A stretch of 64,000 bases of DNA from Dehalococcoidia bacterium. GTDB lineage: Bacteria > Chloroflexota > Dehalococcoidia > Plut-88900. The DNA is taken from assembly GCA_965197645.1 (NCBI GenBank), contig OZ240219.1, forward strand, positions 32,001 to 96,000. The letters run 5' to 3'. This document shows, in pieces, positions 60,771 to 64,000 of this stretch; position 1 is the stretch's first letter, and the number at the start of each line of letters is the position of its first letter. Made by a program: the position numbers and the translations under genes. The notes below the pieces were generated by a model. That model made no database searches and was not told the origin of the DNA. It was given only the letters and a program-made list of their open reading frames with translations.

Positions 60771-62078
60771 ATGTCAGGCATAACATACGGCTGCATCGCT
60801 CCCCACCCTCCCATCATGTTGCCCCAGATCGGTAAAGGGAGAGAGGCCCGCGTTGCCGATAGCATCGCCGGGATGGAGCGGATACGAAAGGACCTGGAGG
60901 AGAGCAGGCCGGAGGTTGGGGTGATCGTCAGCCCTCACGGGACGGTGCAACCCGACGCCATGGGCGTGGTGACCGCGCCCCGGAGCCGGGGATCCATGGC
61001 CCAGTGGGGAGCAGAAGGCCTGGAATACGGCTTCGATAACGACCCAGAGCTTGTCGATCTGCTCATCGAAGAGGCGGATGTTCCCATCAGGCCCATTGGG
61101 CAAGATGGCTACGTGCTGGACCACGGCGTGATGGTGCCGGCCTTCTTCCTCTCCTCCGTGCTCTCCAGGATTCCGCTGGTGGTCATCTCGTTCTCGATGC
61201 TGTCGCTGGAGAACCATCTGGCCTTCGGGAGAGGGATATGCCGGGCGGCGGCAAGGAGGGGAAAGCGGGTTGCCTTCATCGCCAGCGGCGACCTGTCGCA
61301 CAGGCTTCTGCCGGAGGCGCCTGCTGGGTTCGACCCGATGGGCCGAGTCTTCGACAGCAACGTGAAGGAGGCCGTGGAGTCCCTGGACGGCCGCGCCCTC
61401 GTGGAGACGGGCCCCGACCTGATCACCCGGGCCGGCGAGTGCGGATTGAGGTCGGTCATCATACTAATGGGAGCGCTGGAGGGACTGGGAGCAACGCCCC
61501 GAGTGCTGGCATACGAGGGGCCCTTCGGGGTGGGATACTTGACTGCTTCCTTTCAGACCGCCGAACACGTGCTGTTGAAGCTGGCCAGAGATGCCGTCGA
61601 GGGTTACGTTCGGTTGAACACGATTAAAGAGCCGCCACCGGTCCTACCGAAGGAGCTTCGAAAGTCAGCGGGGGCCTTCGTGACCATCATGCGTCGGGGT
61701 GAGCTTCGGGGCTGCATCGGGACGACGTATCCTCGGAAGGAGACCGTCGCCAAGGAGGTTATCGCCAACGCGATAAAGTCCGCCACCAAGGACACCCGGT
61801 TCCCTCCCGTTGCCATCGAAGAGCTGGACGAGCTGGAGTACTCTGTGGACGTGCTGACCACTCCCGAGCCGGTGGACGGACCGGGCCAGCTTGACCCCAA
61901 GACCTACGGCCTCCTGGTGCAAAACGGCAGCAAGATAGGGGTCCTTCTGCCAGGCATCGAGCAGGTGCAAACTGCCGAACAGCAGGTATCGATCTGCAAG
62001 TCTAAGGCGGGGCTATCATCGGACGACGAGGTGGCCCTGTTCCGGTTTCGCGTACAGCGTTTCGGTGCAAAGGTATAG
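60771..62078 (+). CDS. Fusion of LigB/Memo-like dioxygenase fold and AMMECR1 domain (AmmeMemoRadiSam protein)
   Basis: PHPP, SPH, LDHG, SGDLSH, ECG, YEGPFGVGY; then GAFVTI, LRGCIG, DTRF, GVLLP. Confidence 0.9.
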   Translation: MSGITYGCIAPHPPIMLPQIGKGREARVADSIAGMERIRKDLEESRPEVGVIVSPHGTVQPDAMGVVTAPRSRGSMAQWGAEGLEYGFDNDPELVDLLIEEADVPIRPIGQDGYVLDHGVMVPAFFLSSVLSRIPLVVISFSMLSLENHLAFGRGICRAAARRGKRVAFIASGDLSHRLLPEAPAGFDPMGRVFDSNVKEAVESLDGRALVETGPDLITRAGECGLRSVIILMGALEGLGATPRVLAYEGPFGVGYLTASFQTAEHVLLKLARDAVEGYVRLNTIKEPPPVLPKELRKSAGAFVTIMRRGELRGCIGTTYPRKETVAKEVIANAIKSATKDTRFPPVAIEELDELEYSVDVLTTPEPVDGPGQLDPKTYGLLVQNGSKIGVLLPGIEQVQTAEQQVSICKSKAGLSSDDEVALFRFRVQRFGAKV

Positions 62079-62447
62079 GTGAGCCGTCTGAAGACATACC
62101 TCTGCCTCACCTGTGGGATGGAGGCGGACGGAAGGGGTCAGGGCTTCAGCTGCGAGGGTTGCGGGGGAGCGGCCTTCCTTGTCGGGCCGCTGGACCCACC
62201 TTCGGTGGAGGTGCACCTGAGGAGGATGAGGGTGGATGAAGCGATGCCCAAGCTGGACCGGTACCTGAACACCGCCTTCCTGGCGGGGTTGGCCCAGGTG
62301 CGCATAGTGCACGGAAAGGGGACCGGGACCCTACGGAACGCCGTTGTCGAGGTGCTGGAGAGCAACCCCCTGATCAGGTCGCATAGAGGGGCGGAATTAG
62401 CGGAGGGAGGAGCCGGCGTGACCGTGGCCGAGCTGGCACTGTATTGA
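62079..62447 (+). CDS. Stand-alone Smr domain protein with N-terminal zinc ribbon
   Basis: CLTC..CEGC; IVHGKGTGTLR, GGAGVT. Confidence 0.88.
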   Translation: MSRLKTYLCLTCGMEADGRGQGFSCEGCGGAAFLVGPLDPPSVEVHLRRMRVDEAMPKLDRYLNTAFLAGLAQVRIVHGKGTGTLRNAVVEVLESNPLIRSHRGAELAEGGAGVTVAELALY

Positions 62448-63814
62448 TGGACAGTCCGGACCTATTTGAACACACCTCGAAGGAGCTGAGCAAGCGGAGC
62501 GCGCCGCTAGCGGCGCGGATGCGCCCGCGCACCTTCGATGAGTACGTCGGCCAAGAGCACATAGTCGGTCCGGGACGGGTGCTGAGGACCAGCATCGAGT
62601 CGGACCAGCTGCCTTCGATGATCCTGTGGGGGCCTCCGGGCAGCGGGAAGACGACGCTCGCCCGGATAATCGCCAACGCCACCAGGTCGGACTTCCACCA
62701 GGTCAGTGCTGTAACCTCCGGGGTGGCCGACCTTCGAAAGGTGGTGGCGAAGGCGCGGGACCAGCTGGGGATGTACCAGCGGCGGACGGTATTGTTCATC
62801 GACGAGATTCACCGATTCAACAAGGCGCAGCAGGACGTGATACTGCCGGTGGTGGAGGACGGCACGATCACCCTGATAGGGGCGACTACGGAGAACCCAT
62901 CCTTCGAGGTGATCGCTCCCCTGCTTTCCCGGTCACGGGTGTACTCGTTGGACCCGCTGGACGACGGCCAGACCAGGTCGATTGTGGAGAGGGCGATGGT
63001 CGATGAGGAGCAGGGCATTGGCAGCTGGAAGGTCTCCATCGAGGAAGAGGCGCTGGAGCACCTGGTTATCAGCGCCAACGGGGACGCCCGTATCGCTCTG
63101 AACGGGTTGGAGCTGGCGTCCTCGGCGACCAAGCCCAACGAACAGGGTGAACGTCACGTAGAGCTGCAGACCGTCGAGGAGGCGTTGCAACAACGCTCCT
63201 TCCTCTACGACAAGGCCGGAGACCAACATTTCGACATCATCTCGGCCTTCATCAAGTCGCTTCGAGCCTCAGACCCGGATGCCTCGTTGTATTGGATGGC
63301 AAGGATGCTGGAGGCGGGCGAGGACCCGTTGTACATAGTCCGCCGCATGGTGATACTGGCCGCCGAGGACGTGGGCATGGCCGACCCCCAAGCGCTGGTG
63401 GTCGCTGTGGCGGCGCAGCAGGCGGTCCACTTCGTCGGGATGCCTGAAGGTTTCTTACCTCTGGCCGAAGCGGCTATCTACCTCGCCACAGCGCCCAAGA
63501 GCAACTCGGCGCTTACCAGCTACGGCAGGGCGAAAGAGGACGTGGAGAAGACACGCAATGATCCAGTGCCTATGCACCTGCGAAACCCTGTGACGGGGTT
63601 GATGCAGAAGATGGGGTACGGCAAGGGATACAAGTACGCCCACAGCTACGAAGGCCACCTGGCGGACCAGGTCAACCTGCCGGATAGGCTGGCGGACCGG
63701 CGATACTACCAGCCAACCGATCAGGGCTACGAGGCGCAGGTCGCGGAGCGGATGCGTCGGTGGGAAGAGGAGCGAAGGAAGCAGCGGGGTGGGGACGAAA
63801 AGCCCGGGCTATAG
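62447..63814 (+). CDS. rarA: Replication-associated recombination protein A
   Basis: PLAARMRP, GPPGSGKTT, DEIHRFNKAQQD, GATTENPSF, SAFIKS, GYKYAH. Confidence 0.96.
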   Translation: MDSPDLFEHTSKELSKRSAPLAARMRPRTFDEYVGQEHIVGPGRVLRTSIESDQLPSMILWGPPGSGKTTLARIIANATRSDFHQVSAVTSGVADLRKVVAKARDQLGMYQRRTVLFIDEIHRFNKAQQDVILPVVEDGTITLIGATTENPSFEVIAPLLSRSRVYSLDPLDDGQTRSIVERAMVDEEQGIGSWKVSIEEEALEHLVISANGDARIALNGLELASSATKPNEQGERHVELQTVEEALQQRSFLYDKAGDQHFDIISAFIKSLRASDPDASLYWMARMLEAGEDPLYIVRRMVILAAEDVGMADPQALVVAVAAQQAVHFVGMPEGFLPLAEAAIYLATAPKSNSALTSYGRAKEDVEKTRNDPVPMHLRNPVTGLMQKMGYGKGYKYAHSYEGHLADQVNLPDRLADRRYYQPTDQGYEAQVAERMRRWEEERRKQRGGDEKPGL

Positions 63815-63841
63815 CTGGGCGCCGAACGGGTTAGCCCCGGT

Positions 63842-64000
63842 CTACGTGAGGCATGATGTCCTCGGCTATGATGTCCAGCACGTCCATATCGTCGTAGTCG
63901 AATAGCTGTAGCATGAACCGCTCGCAGCCGGCCTCCTCGTACTGCTGCAGCTTCTCAACGACCTGAGCAGGGGTGCCGACGAGCCTGCCCTGCTCGGTTA
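63842..64000 (-). CDS. C-terminus of an LLM-class oxidoreductase (partial)
   Basis: LVGTPAQVVEKLQQYEEAGCERFMLQLFDYDDMDVLDIIAEDIMPHV*. Confidence 0.75.

Overview
GC-rich bacterial window. Gene content and style suggest Chloroflexota of the Dehalococcoidia/SAR202 type, possibly host-associated (inference from the DnaN N-terminus, expanded CaiB/BaiF, amidohydrolase and LLM paralogs, NiSOD and a giant cadherin protein). The left end holds a divergent pair. One gene is a >1548-aa cadherin-repeat surface protein that runs off the window and is missing from the ORF track. The other is a 1403-aa lipoprotein whose motifs match animal thioester proteins (alpha-2-macroglobulin/CD109/complement C3) along its whole length, with an intact GCGEQ thioester and a C3-like catalytic His; this is the most unusual feature. 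The rest is a PIN toxin-antitoxin pair, many catabolic enzymes, sodN/sodX, dnaN, an Lhr helicase, a CADD-like diiron protein, an IS481 element and a selA-amrA/B-smr-rarA operon. There are also several broken or chimeric genes, a putative orphan HEPN RNase and intergenic palindromic repeats. I saw no rRNA, tRNA or CRISPR array. All family calls come from recalled motifs, not database searches.
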